NCBI GenBank assembly: GCA_028355015.1
Contig: JAOMRN010000001.1
Location: 1,229-65,228, forward strand
Length of the DNA stretch: 64,000 nucleotides
Source of the DNA: Methanobacteriota archaeon
GTDB lineage: Archaea > Thermoplasmatota > Poseidoniia > Poseidoniales > Thalassarchaeaceae
Reading direction: 5' to 3'
Shown: piece after piece, positions 55,133 to 64,000 of the stretch
How positions within the stretch are numbered: position 1 is the stretch's first letter
Layout: the number at the start of each line of letters is the position of its first letter
Position numbers and translations under genes: made by a program
Notes under the pieces: model-generated
What the model was told of the DNA's origin: nothing
The model's database searches: none
What the model saw: only the letters and a program-made list of their open reading frames with translations

Positions 55133-57814
55133 ATGAAGAGAGCGGAATCCGCGCGTTTGGTCCTTGTTTTGCTTTTGTTATCTTTAATTTCTCCTCCTGT
55201 TTATGCAGCAGTAGATGTCTCAATATCAGCTTCTCCAAGTTCTCAAGAAGCAGATGCAGATAATCCAGCGGAATATGATATTACAGTAACTAATACTGGC
55301 GATGATGACATTACTGTGTCTCTAAGTACATCTCAAGCTGCTGATTGCAACGGCTTTACTTCTAATGTTGAACAGGTTAGTGGCACTATTGAATCAGGTC
55401 AAAGTGAAACTGTAACTTTGACGGTTTCAGTAAATGACCAGGCTAGTGGAGAATGTGAAACCACGGTTACAGTAACTGCAACAGGAACTCCTCCAGATCA
55501 ACCCAAAACTGATGACGTCAAGGTTACAACAACTGCAGGTGACGGAGGATTATATTCCGTTACCCTGACTGTTGATGAACAAACTGTTACTTATGATGGT
55601 GAGGATGACGAAGTAGTCTGGGAAGTCGACGTCGAAAACACCGGCGAGCAACAAGAAAATATTCAACTCGAGATGACTTCAGATAATGATTGTGAATCTG
55701 ATGAATTAGACGCTTCTGTGAATCCAGCCACAGTTCAATTAGATTCCGGAGATTCTACTACTGTTGATGTAACTGTTGACCTTCCAGATGGTGCTTCAAC
55801 AGAATCGGGGATTCATTGTTTTATCATCAAAGCAACCGTTACTAATGATCCGAATGCTGCTGATCCCGCTGAAGATAATTTGACACTAACAGTTAATATT
55901 CCAGAAGTTAAAGAATGCGACCCATCTCTTCAATTTACTTCTATGAATCTTAATCCAGGGGAAACTGGGTCAAATCGATTTACAGTAGAAAATATAGGTA
56001 ATACAGAATGGACGGTCTCGGCCAAAGCAGTTGCTGATGATTTTGATGTTTCCGAATGGGTTGATTTTTCATCCCCTTCTAGTGCATTCCTGGGTGAGAA
56101 AAATACTGCTGATGATCAACATACCTTTGAGTTTCAAGTGACGCCAGATGATTCTGTAGAAGCCAGCACCCAAGTTCCAATAAAGATCCAAGGCCGTTCA
56201 GGTACAGAAGTTGGTTGTGAGAAAATAGTGACACTAAATGTCGGCCAATCTTATGACGCTTCAGCATCGCTAAGCCAGTCTTCATTATCTAACGTTGAAC
56301 CAGGGACTTCTAAATCAGTATCCATGACAATCACAAACCAAGGTAATGGCGTCGACACTATTCAGATTAGTGCTGCAAATGTGCCGACAGGATGGCAAGT
56401 ATCATTCTCACAATCTTCGGTAACACTGGCTAGTTCTCAGTCATCGAATAATCAAGGTACAGTCACTATTGATGTCTTAGTCCCAGAAGGTGCAGCAGCC
56501 GGTTCGGATAGTATTACTTTCAACATAGGTCATGGGGGTGGTTCAACTCCATATGCTACGAAAACACTGTCAGTATCTGTTGCTCAGGTTCATGATCTGA
56601 GCAGTTCTATAATTTCAGATTCACAAAAAGGTAAGTCGAATCAGATTCTAAGATTCCCTATTGACATAACAAATACAGGCAATGTCAATGATAATTTCAA
56701 ACTTCAGGCCTGCGACCCGAATGATATTACTGGTTGTAATAGTCCACTTTGGGATTCATCATTTTCGAATTCTCAGGGGGCAACAATTACTCAAATTAGT
56801 ATAGCCTCAGGAGTTACCAAGAAAGTATATCTTGATGTGACGATAGAGGGTGAAGAAAATGGAGACAGGGCTTCAGTATCAGCCGTTATAACGATTTTCG
56901 GCACTGATGTTTCATCATCACACGTCTTTAACATCGAAGTTTCTAATTTTAATTACGGTATGAGTGTCACTCCAGTTGAGCCAGGAGAGATACCTGACGA
57001 ACTCCAAGTCCAATTGCCTCCCGGGGGTACAGGACAAGTTTCTTTTTGGGTTGAAAATACGGGGGATTTCCCAAATGGCGATAATGCGGTAATCACAATT
57101 ACAGGGATGGAGTCTACAGTCCTCAGGACATTGAAAGTCAATGGTGTAGCTACTGATGAACCATTCCATGTCGATGTAGGTCCTGAGAATAGAGTCGTAA
57201 TCACTTTAGATTTCGAAGTTTTAGATGGTGTGCAAAGTGGTGCTTCAGGGCTCATTAGAGTATTAGCCGCTTCCGAACTTAATGCGATTGAAAGTACATC
57301 GGTGAGTCTCTTAATTGATGTTATTACTATACATGATCTTAGAATGGTAATTGAAGAAGAGACTTCTCAAACAGTTGATTATCCCGAAAAAGCAGTATTT
57401 ACTATTTATGTCACTAATCATGGTAATGTCGAAGAGACAGTTGTGATTGAGTCTTCAGACCCACTTAGGTTCTGGTCAGTTAATGCAGTTGATGACGAGT
57501 TTAAACTAGCTCCTGGGGAAACAAGAGAAGTTGAGATAAGAGTAACTCCTCCCAATGATTTATTCCAAGATGACACTTACGATTTTACAATTATAGTAAT
57601 GCCAAAGGGACTTCCTGTGGCGGGACAACCTCTTGACCTATCAGTTACAGCAGAAATGTCAATTGGGATTTCCTTTCTTTCAGATGATGTCATCCAGATA
57701 TTAGTTTGGTCGTCTATCATAATCGGGGTACTGCTAGTCATAATGTTGGTAATGAGGTCTCGTAATGAAAGCCAAAGAATCCTCGAAGCGTTAGAACTAG
57801 AATCTAAGCCTTAA
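55133..57814 (+). CDS. Secreted repeat-domain envelope protein (CARDB/NEW3-like beta-sandwich repeats) with C-terminal TM anchor
   Basis: Signal LVLVLLLLSLISPPVYA. Repeated modules of about 100 aa of the form ...TV/TI.N.GN..D/E... Acidic and Thr/Ser-rich. C-terminal helix ILVWSSIIIGVLLVIMLVM. Possible S-layer-type protein. Confidence 0.65.
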   Translation: MKRAESARLVLVLLLLSLISPPVYAAVDVSISASPSSQEADADNPAEYDITVTNTGDDDITVSLSTSQAADCNGFTSNVEQVSGTIESGQSETVTLTVSVNDQASGECETTVTVTATGTPPDQPKTDDVKVTTTAGDGGLYSVTLTVDEQTVTYDGEDDEVVWEVDVENTGEQQENIQLEMTSDNDCESDELDASVNPATVQLDSGDSTTVDVTVDLPDGASTESGIHCFIIKATVTNDPNAADPAEDNLTLTVNIPEVKECDPSLQFTSMNLNPGETGSNRFTVENIGNTEWTVSAKAVADDFDVSEWVDFSSPSSAFLGEKNTADDQHTFEFQVTPDDSVEASTQVPIKIQGRSGTEVGCEKIVTLNVGQSYDASASLSQSSLSNVEPGTSKSVSMTITNQGNGVDTIQISAANVPTGWQVSFSQSSVTLASSQSSNNQGTVTIDVLVPEGAAAGSDSITFNIGHGGGSTPYATKTLSVSVAQVHDLSSSIISDSQKGKSNQILRFPIDITNTGNVNDNFKLQACDPNDITGCNSPLWDSSFSNSQGATITQISIASGVTKKVYLDVTIEGEENGDRASVSAVITIFGTDVSSSHVFNIEVSNFNYGMSVTPVEPGEIPDELQVQLPPGGTGQVSFWVENTGDFPNGDNAVITITGMESTVLRTLKVNGVATDEPFHVDVGPENRVVITLDFEVLDGVQSGASGLIRVLAASELNAIESTSVSLLIDVITIHDLRMVIEEETSQTVDYPEKAVFTIYVTNHGNVEETVVIESSDPLRFWSVNAVDDEFKLAPGETREVEIRVTPPNDLFQDDTYDFTIIVMPKGLPVAGQPLDLSVTAEMSIGISFLSDDVIQILVWSSIIIGVLLVIMLVMRSRNESQRILEALELESKP

Positions 57815-57898
57815 CTATCAAGTTGAAACTCGTTGTTAGGTTACACTTATTGCCCTAATTTTAGTGGCCGCACCTGACGGTCCCTCAGGGACCGGGTT

Positions 57899-58354
57899 GT
57901 GAGCCCCATGACGTCTGTTTCCGAAGCATATCTAGGACTAGCAGTGATGACTTTGGTCGGCATAGGATTTCCAGTAGGCAGTTTCATCGCATCTAGGCTT
58001 CTAAGGCCGGTTGTCGACCCAAATGATTCTACTAAAACACGCTCTTGGTTGTTACCTGGTTATGAGGTTGATCAGTCTTTGTATGTACGACGTGAAAGTA
58101 CTTACGAATGTGGGTCTGCTCCTGTTGGAGACGCTCATATTAATTTTCATTTCCAATATTATTGGTACGCCATTATATTCTTGGTATTCGATATAGCTTT
58201 CATGTTCTTAGCATTTGGTGGTATAATTTCAATACAAGAAGAAATATCCAATTCTCAAATAATGGGTGCATTAACTACTATGTCCATATTCATTGCTCTA
58301 ATGAGTCTCGGGGTTTGGCATGTATTCCGTAAGAGAGGAAGAATATACATTTGA
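57899..58354 (+). CDS. nuoA: NADH-quinone oxidoreductase subunit A
   Basis: YECGSAPVGDAHINFHFQYYWYAIIFLVFDIAFMFL is the conserved NuoA core. GTG start. Confidence 0.85.
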   Translation: MSPMTSVSEAYLGLAVMTLVGIGFPVGSFIASRLLRPVVDPNDSTKTRSWLLPGYEVDQSLYVRRESTYECGSAPVGDAHINFHFQYYWYAIIFLVFDIAFMFLAFGGIISIQEEISNSQIMGALTTMSIFIALMSLGVWHVFRKRGRIYI

Positions 58355-58363
58355 GGTGTAAAT

Positions 58364-58960
58364 ATGGCGGATGATGGACAGAATTATTCTATGTTTAGTA
58401 GTCGATTACTGGTCGATACAGTCGGGGACGTAACCGATGAGGCATTGAAGGCAAGTCGTTTGAAAGATGTAATAGGTGTACTTGCAGGGCGTCTATTTAA
58501 TTGGGGACAAAGAAAATCATTATTCCCTCTCCATCTTGGAATCAAGTGCTGTGCATTAGAAATGGCCGCAGCGGGCGCAAGCCGTTTCGATGCTGAACGT
58601 TTTGGAGTTTTCTTCCGTTCAAGCCCACGACAATGTGACGTTCTTTTGGTGAATGGTCCAATAAGTAAAAAATTCGCTGACCCAATAGTCCGTCTTTGGG
58701 AGCAAATGCCGGAGCCAAAATGGTGTATTGCAATGGGCGAATGTGCGATATCAGGTGGCCCTTATTTCCAGTCATACAATATTCTTGAAGGAGTAGATAC
58801 CGTAATTCCAGTTGATGTATATATCCCTGGCTGTCCCCCTCGCCCCGAGGCATTAATTGATGGATTTGGAAAATTAAGAGAGAAAATCATTCGTATAGGT
58901 GCAATGCCGAGTCATTCTAGGTTAGAAAGTGAAGCTCCGATAATTGTTGGAGATATTTGA
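58364..58960 (+). CDS. nuoB: NADH-quinone oxidoreductase subunit B
   Basis: Cluster N2 ligand motifs CCALEMAAAG, GECAISGGPY and IPGCPPRPE. Confidence 0.9.
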   Translation: MADDGQNYSMFSSRLLVDTVGDVTDEALKASRLKDVIGVLAGRLFNWGQRKSLFPLHLGIKCCALEMAAAGASRFDAERFGVFFRSSPRQCDVLLVNGPISKKFADPIVRLWEQMPEPKWCIAMGECAISGGPYFQSYNILEGVDTVIPVDVYIPGCPPRPEALIDGFGKLREKIIRIGAMPSHSRLESEAPIIVGDI

Positions 58961-58969
58961 GGAATTTTT

Positions 58970-59623
58970 ATGCCAATCGTTTCTGAAAAAATACAACAAG
59001 CGGCGGCTGAGAAATTAGCAGAGGCTTTGGATAAGATGGACGGTGTTGAATCTTCAGTAGATGTCCGAACTAGCGGAACTCAAAACAGACCTATAGTCAA
59101 CGCTTCCGTGTCGCCTGAAAACTGGCGTAAGGTCGCTGAAGATTTAAAAAATAAATATGAAGTAGATCATTGCTCAATGATTACTGGAATTCACTGGCCT
59201 GAATCCAGTGATAAAACATGGGAAGTGGTTTATCATTTCTTGAGAACGGGGATAAAAAATCCCATTATTGAAGGGGGTTTAGTTATTCCAAATATAGTGG
59301 ACTTTTCTAAAGTCAAAGGTAAGGACGTTCCTTTAGAAATTCAAATCAGTGTCAAGATTCAAGAAACTAGAACTCCTTCCGTTGCAAGTGTGCAAGACAT
59401 TTGGGTAGGAGCCGATTGGAACGAAAAAGAAACGTGGGATTTAGTTGGAATTGATTTTGATGGCCATGAAGGAATGCGTAGAGTTCTCAATCCTCATGAA
59501 TCGCCAGTAGGTTTCCATCCCCTACAAAAACAACACAAATTACGTTATCATGGATTTGAAGAAATGTATGACGATGCTCAAGGTTTTATGCGTAAACCAG
59601 TAGATTCTAACAGAGTAAAATGA
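58970..59623 (+). CDS. nuoC: NADH-quinone oxidoreductase subunit C
   Basis: WNEKETWDLVGIDFDGHEGMRRVLNP matches the NuoC ERE..D..G..F.GHP..RR.L block; positioned between nuoB and nuoD. Confidence 0.8.
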   Translation: MPIVSEKIQQAAAEKLAEALDKMDGVESSVDVRTSGTQNRPIVNASVSPENWRKVAEDLKNKYEVDHCSMITGIHWPESSDKTWEVVYHFLRTGIKNPIIEGGLVIPNIVDFSKVKGKDVPLEIQISVKIQETRTPSVASVQDIWVGADWNEKETWDLVGIDFDGHEGMRRVLNPHESPVGFHPLQKQHKLRYHGFEEMYDDAQGFMRKPVDSNRVK

Positions 59624-59624
59624 G

Positions 59625-60770
59625 GTGGAAAAAATGGCAGAAATGTGGATTTCAATGGGGCCTCAACATCCGATGACTCATGGACTTTGGACACTTAAGG
59701 TGAAAGTTGACGGTGAAACAGTAGTGGATACTGAGCCTGATCTTGGATACATTCATCGAGGAGTAGAAAAAATCTGTGAATCTCGAGATTTTACTCAGAT
59801 AACAACATATTGTGATAGGCTGTGTTATGCTTCTGCTAATACTTGGTCTCATGCTTACATATATGCGGCTGAAGATTTACTTGGTGTTGAAGTTCCAGAA
59901 CGTGCAGAATATATTCGATTAATAGCAGTAGAAATTCAGAGAATAGCTAGTCACTTAATGTGGTTAGGTGCTTATGGTCCAGATATTGGTAATCTGAGCG
60001 TAATGGTTTGGTGCCTCCGTGAAAGAGAGATGATGATGGATTTATTGCAAGAACTTGGTGGTTCTAGAATGCATTATAATTTTCCTCGTATAGGGGGCGT
60101 CAAGAGAGATTTACCGCATGGTTTCGCTCTAAGAGCTCGGCATAAGTTGAAGTTGTTCCTAGATCGAATACAAGAATATGAAGCTCTTTTCGATGAATCT
60201 ACTGTGTTTTTAATTCGCAGCCAAGGTGTAGGCTATGCTAAACCTGAAGAAATGATGAATCATGGAGTTTCAGGACCGAATATTCGTGCAGCAGGAGTGA
60301 ATCATGATATTCGTACATCTCACCCATATTCAGTATATTCAGAGCTTGATTGGACACCTGCTGTAGAACGTTCTTCAATCAAGGGTGCTGACTGTTATGA
60401 TCGCTACCGCATTAGAGTTGAAGAAATGAGGCAGAGTGCTAATTTAGTTCTCCAAGCATTAGATAAGATTCCAGGCGGAGCAGAAACATATCATGAGCCT
60501 GGAGATGCTAAGATTCTGGGCAAAGCACCAACAAGAGCGCCAGAAGGAACATCGGGTTCCCATCATTTCGAGGACAGTCGCGGCGAATCAATGTTCTACA
60601 TAGCAGGTGGCGGTGAAGGTCGCGGTAAGATGCCTTATCGGGTGTCTATTCGTTCACCGATGTTCATTACAATTCCTTATGCCTCAAAATGTATGATTGG
60701 ATACAAGGTGGCAGATATTCCTGCAATTATGGGTTCATTTGATCCATGTATTGGTGAGACTGATAGGTGA
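59625..60770 (+). CDS. nuoD: NADH-quinone oxidoreductase subunit D
   Basis: MGPQHPMTHGL..., GYIHRGVEK and the C-terminal GETDR end. Confidence 0.9.
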   Translation: MEKMAEMWISMGPQHPMTHGLWTLKVKVDGETVVDTEPDLGYIHRGVEKICESRDFTQITTYCDRLCYASANTWSHAYIYAAEDLLGVEVPERAEYIRLIAVEIQRIASHLMWLGAYGPDIGNLSVMVWCLREREMMMDLLQELGGSRMHYNFPRIGGVKRDLPHGFALRARHKLKLFLDRIQEYEALFDESTVFLIRSQGVGYAKPEEMMNHGVSGPNIRAAGVNHDIRTSHPYSVYSELDWTPAVERSSIKGADCYDRYRIRVEEMRQSANLVLQALDKIPGGAETYHEPGDAKILGKAPTRAPEGTSGSHHFEDSRGESMFYIAGGGEGRGKMPYRVSIRSPMFITIPYASKCMIGYKVADIPAIMGSFDPCIGETDR

Positions 60771-60779
60771 GTTGAGATT

Positions 60780-62354
60780 ATGGCAAGTAGCGATTGGTTG
60801 GACATTCGTGGTTGGACGGAATCAATTATTGGATGGTCTATGGACAAAACTCATGACACTCTGCCTTCAAGTGATATCGATTTAGAATTTTCAATTACTC
60901 GCCCAAGATGGTTTTTGGAAGAGCCAATCGTGATAGGTTCAGAAATAAATCTGCAATCAGGATTTGCAGATATTCAACCCTCTCTCGAAGCATTTTTCGT
61001 TTCTACAATAATGTGTACTGTAGTTTTTGCTACAATGATGTTGACTCTCATGGTAGTCCCATATATTGAGAGAAAATTCATAGGTCGTCTGATGGATAGA
61101 ATCGGTGCCACTACTTCACTTCGAAGTTTATGGATCGGCGAAGGGCCTTCAACCGCAGGAGATTGGTGGAATAAGTTACCAATGGGGATGGGAGCCCCTA
61201 TAGGTATGATTAATCGAACCCTCAATTCATCTTTTGGTAATGAGCATCATTTAGATACGATAAATAGAGTAGGGAATAGAGGTTATCATGGTATTTGGTT
61301 CCTATTTCCTGGCTTTTTCCAAGCATTAGCTGATTTTCTTAAATTCGCTACAAAGGAACATTTGATTCCTGAAAAGGCAGATAAATTAGTCTTCGAAGTT
61401 GCCCCTGTAATCATTATTGCAACCACAATTATGTGCTATACCTTCATACCCTTCGGGCCTCATATTTGGGCGGCAAATCCTGACTTATCTCTTCTTTTCT
61501 TGATGGCAATCTTTGGAATAGCACCTCTAGGTGTTTTCTTTGCTGGTTGGGCGTCTAATAACAAATATACTCTCATTGGTGGAATGCGATCTGCAGCGCA
61601 ATTAACAGCATATGAGATACCACTGCTAATTACAGTTCTTTCAATAGCAGTAGTTAGTGGGTCATTCAATATTCTAGAAATAGTCGACTTCCAAATAGAA
61701 AATTCCGATACTTGGAATATATTCATATTGCCATTAGGCGCGGCACTTTTCTTGATCACAATGATAGCAGAAGTTGAAAGGATACCTTTCGATATGCCTG
61801 AAGCAGAGGCTGAACTTGTAGAAGGTTGGTGGACTGAGTATGGAGGTATAAGATGGGGCCTAATGTTTGCAGTTGAAATGATGCGTGCTTATGCTGCTTG
61901 TATTCTATTTGCTTTGTTCTTCCTTGGAGGATGGGAATTTCCATTCCAAGATTGGCTTTCAATCGCCCCAGGAGTAGGTTTTATCTTTGAAAATCTATTT
62001 TTAATTATACCCGGTATAGTTGTAGTTTTACTGAAAGCATGGCTATTATTTGCTTTCTTTGTTTGGGTTCGTGCTTCATTACATAGAATTAGAACTGATC
62101 AGATTCTTGAATTTGGTTGGAGATATTTATTACCTCTTTCTATAGTAAATTTAGCAATTGCAATGTACCTTCGTCTAGAGGTATGGTCTTCTTCAGGATG
62201 GCCGATTTGGGTTCCACCATTGATTAGTATAGTCGCAATTGCACTATTCGTCATATATGCTATAGATGAAGATAAAGATGCATTAGAATACTCTAGAAGA
62301 CCATATAATACTCAAACATTGGATAAAGCATATCCAGGAAGTAGAAGAGAATAG
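60780..62354 (+). CDS. nuoH: NADH-quinone oxidoreductase subunit H (expanded, 524 aa)
   Basis: Conserved YIERKFIGRLMDRIG, ADFLKF and PFDMPEAEAELVEGWWTEYGG blocks. It has an extra N-terminal region of about 70 aa and an insertion after the RIG motif. Confidence 0.85.
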   Translation: MASSDWLDIRGWTESIIGWSMDKTHDTLPSSDIDLEFSITRPRWFLEEPIVIGSEINLQSGFADIQPSLEAFFVSTIMCTVVFATMMLTLMVVPYIERKFIGRLMDRIGATTSLRSLWIGEGPSTAGDWWNKLPMGMGAPIGMINRTLNSSFGNEHHLDTINRVGNRGYHGIWFLFPGFFQALADFLKFATKEHLIPEKADKLVFEVAPVIIIATTIMCYTFIPFGPHIWAANPDLSLLFLMAIFGIAPLGVFFAGWASNNKYTLIGGMRSAAQLTAYEIPLLITVLSIAVVSGSFNILEIVDFQIENSDTWNIFILPLGAALFLITMIAEVERIPFDMPEAEAELVEGWWTEYGGIRWGLMFAVEMMRAYAACILFALFFLGGWEFPFQDWLSIAPGVGFIFENLFLIIPGIVVVLLKAWLLFAFFVWVRASLHRIRTDQILEFGWRYLLPLSIVNLAIAMYLRLEVWSSSGWPIWVPPLISIVAIALFVIYAIDEDKDALEYSRRPYNTQTLDKAYPGSRRE

Positions 62355-62365
62355 GAGGTGAAAAA

Positions 62366-63343
62366 ATGGATTATAATACAGGACACCCTCACGCAACACC
62401 AAATTTCAGGAACTTGGTAATTAAACCAATGTGGATTACCATGAAAACAGCCCTTAGAACCGTCCCTTACATTGGTAAAGCAAAATTTCTTAAGAATAAT
62501 TACCACGGTCAGCAAACTAATTTGACCGATGAATATACTCTTGAGAGGATTGGAGATAATCATCCATCTTCAGGCCAAGTTTATGCAGCAGATCGTGAGT
62601 CATCACCTGCACTTCCTTTCTTAGAAAGACCTGTTACAATCATGTTCCCCTATGAAAGACTTGAGGATATGGAACCTTGGCTTTTCGTCCCAGGAAATTA
62701 TAATGGAAGAATAGGGATTGTTTGGGAGACTTGTACGGCTTGCAAAGCATGCGTCAAAGCGTGCCCAAATGATTGTCTTCATATGACTTCAGAAACACGT
62801 GTAAATGTTCTCGATACGACCGAAGAAGATGATGAATGGCATGGTCTTGGAAGTGAAATTGAATCTGGCGGCTTAGCTGCACGAAAGAAAGATGATTTTG
62901 AAGAAATCGAGAATTTCGACTTAGTTTTAGAACACAAAGCCCCTCCTCAACAGTATGATTTTGCTGAAGTAATAGATATTAGTGGCGACAAAGCAACTGT
63001 TCGCTGGCAAGATGGTTCCGGTATTGAATCAGTCGAAATTTCGTCATTAAAGCCGGCTGAAGTTGATATTGTATCTGGCCGTATAGATATTGGAAGATGT
63101 ATGTTCTGTGGTTTATGCGCAGAAGCCTGTCCTTTCGAATCATTCTTTATGACAAATGAGTATGATGGTATGTCTGGCTATTCAAGAGAAGATCTTTGGT
63201 TTGATGCAGACCGTACAAGACTTCTACCTGTCGTTCATCAAGAAAGAGTAGATATGGAACTTGCTAAAAGAGCACAGAAAGAGAAGGCTAAGCGTGAGAA
63301 GAAAGCAGCTAAAGCAGCAGCAGCGGCTAAAGCGGAGGCATGA
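62366..63343 (+). CDS. nuoI: NADH-quinone oxidoreductase subunit I (expanded, 325 aa)
   Basis: Two 4Fe-4S motifs, CTACKACVKACP and CMFCGLCAEACP, separated by about 100 aa instead of the usual short spacer. Lys/Ala-rich C-terminal tail. Confidence 0.8.
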   Translation: MDYNTGHPHATPNFRNLVIKPMWITMKTALRTVPYIGKAKFLKNNYHGQQTNLTDEYTLERIGDNHPSSGQVYAADRESSPALPFLERPVTIMFPYERLEDMEPWLFVPGNYNGRIGIVWETCTACKACVKACPNDCLHMTSETRVNVLDTTEEDDEWHGLGSEIESGGLAARKKDDFEEIENFDLVLEHKAPPQQYDFAEVIDISGDKATVRWQDGSGIESVEISSLKPAEVDIVSGRIDIGRCMFCGLCAEACPFESFFMTNEYDGMSGYSREDLWFDADRTRLLPVVHQERVDMELAKRAQKEKAKREKKAAKAAAAAKAEA

Positions 63344-63349
63344 TTTCCA

Positions 63350-63619
63350 ATGAATATAGACTTCGAAGCCCTAGTATTCGTGATACTTTCAGCTGCCGCT
63401 ATTATTGGGGCACTAGGTTGTGTATATGCTAGAAGAGTAGCCCACTCCCTTCTTTCACTCATGTTAACTTTCATGGCAGTTGCTGGAGTAATGGTGCTGG
63501 CAGCAGCAGAAATGTTGGCTGCTATACAAATCTTGGTTTATCTTGGTTCAGTAATGCTTGTTGTTCAATTCGGAGTTATGTTAACTCGTCGTCAAATTCA
63601 AGAAGGTGATGTTGAATGA
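63350..63619 (+). CDS. nuoJ: NADH-quinone oxidoreductase subunit J, N-terminal piece (J1)
   Basis: 89 aa, three TM helices, occupying the nuoJ slot between nuoI and nuoK. VYLGSVMLVVQFGVML is NuoJ-like. Confidence 0.65.
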   Translation: MNIDFEALVFVILSAAAIIGALGCVYARRVAHSLLSLMLTFMAVAGVMVLAAAEMLAAIQILVYLGSVMLVVQFGVMLTRRQIQEGDVE

Positions 63620-63888
63620 AAGCAATTTCTGCGTTAACTAAGATCGGACTTTTTGGATTTATATTAGTGATGCTAAACGAAGTCATGTCACATCCTATGT
63701 GGGATAATTCGACAGCATCCCCTCCTAATACTGTAGATTTCGCTCTTGCTTTGTATGGTGATCAATGGGCTATTGCTACAGTAATTCTTGGAGCACTTCT
63801 TGCTATGGCAATGGTGGGCGCATCCTATCTTGTAAGGGATGAAAGATTGATTAATTTAATTTGGGATATGGGCGGTGAAGATTTATGA
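63616..63888 (+). CDS. nuoJ: NADH-quinone oxidoreductase subunit J, C-terminal piece (J2)
   Basis: 90 aa, two TM helices, with 4-nt ATGA overlaps on both sides. The call rests on position. Confidence 0.55.
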   Translation: MKAISALTKIGLFGFILVMLNEVMSHPMWDNSTASPPNTVDFALALYGDQWAIATVILGALLAMAMVGASYLVRDERLINLIWDMGGEDL

Positions 63889-64000
63889 TTGATCCAAGTT
63901 GGATTTCAGGTCTTGGTGTAATCTTATTTGGTATCGGCCTTCTTGGTGCATTCACTAGGAAAAATGCTATTATCGTTCTAATGTGTATTGAGGTTATGCT
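63885..64000 (+). CDS. nuoK: NADH-quinone oxidoreductase subunit K, 5' fragment (runs off the window)
   Basis: Hand translation MIDPSWISGLGVILFGIGLLGAFTRKNAIIVLMCIEVM matches the NuoK N-terminus pattern (GL.G...RRN.I..LM.IE.ML). Confidence 0.8.
   Translation, partial: MIDPSWISGLGVILFGIGLLGAFTRKNAIIVLMCIEVM

Noticed and set aside
57879-57893. Hairpin GGTCCC-tca-GGGACC just upstream of the nuoA GTG start
   Set aside because: The stem is only 6 bp and there is no supporting context. It could be a minor leader structure, and it is not enough to call a regulatory element.
63350-63888. nuoJ split into two ORFs, as a possible frameshifted pseudogene
   Set aside because: The two ORFs are joined by a clean ATGA overlap, as are J2 and K. 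Both pieces are fully hydrophobic, and separate nuoJ1/nuoJ2 genes are known in other Euryarchaeota such as haloarchaea. It is treated as a natural split.

Overview
This 64-kb window looks like a low-GC archaeal chromosome segment. Archaeal markers are ribosomal proteins L21e and L15e, Pus10, RpoF/Rpo4, DUF655, KsgA/Dim1, FtsZ, an intron-containing tRNA-Tyr with a C1-G72 pair, and an nuo operon in which nuoD is followed directly by nuoH. The mix of carotenoid genes, secreted peptidases, very large surface proteins and a Na+ symporter suggests a marine planktonic euryarchaeote such as Marine Group II/III; that placement is inference only. All calls come from reading the ORF translations and the DNA by eye. 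No database search was run, so family names rest on recognised motifs and synteny.

Layout:
- 0-2.7 kb: carotenoid genes (crtI fragment, ABA4-like DUF4281, crtB).
- 2.8-7 kb: conserved archaeal cluster pus10-rpl21e-rpoF-DUF655-ksgA.
- 7-29 kb: housekeeping, metabolism and envelope genes (pgk, gpmA, PMM/PGM, uppS, hisS, MscS, M14 carboxypeptidase, SNF symporter, EF-hand protein, PGF-CTERM protein, ftsZ).
- 29.3-41.5 kb: a flexible region between tRNA-Tyr and rpl15e, the most interesting part. It holds a 26-nt repeat of the tRNA 3' end, a membrane-tethered fasciclin-HxlR fusion protein, a displaced relic of that gene's 3' end 8,078 bp downstream, and an A+T-rich cargo. The cargo consists of unknown genes plus a restriction enzyme, C5-methyltransferase and serine recombinase cassette flanked by inverted repeats.
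- 42.5-57.8 kb: an operon of giant secreted proteins, including an S8 subtilase.
- 57.9-64 kb: nuoABCDHIJ1J2K, with unusually expanded NuoH and NuoI.

No rRNA genes or CRISPR arrays were seen.
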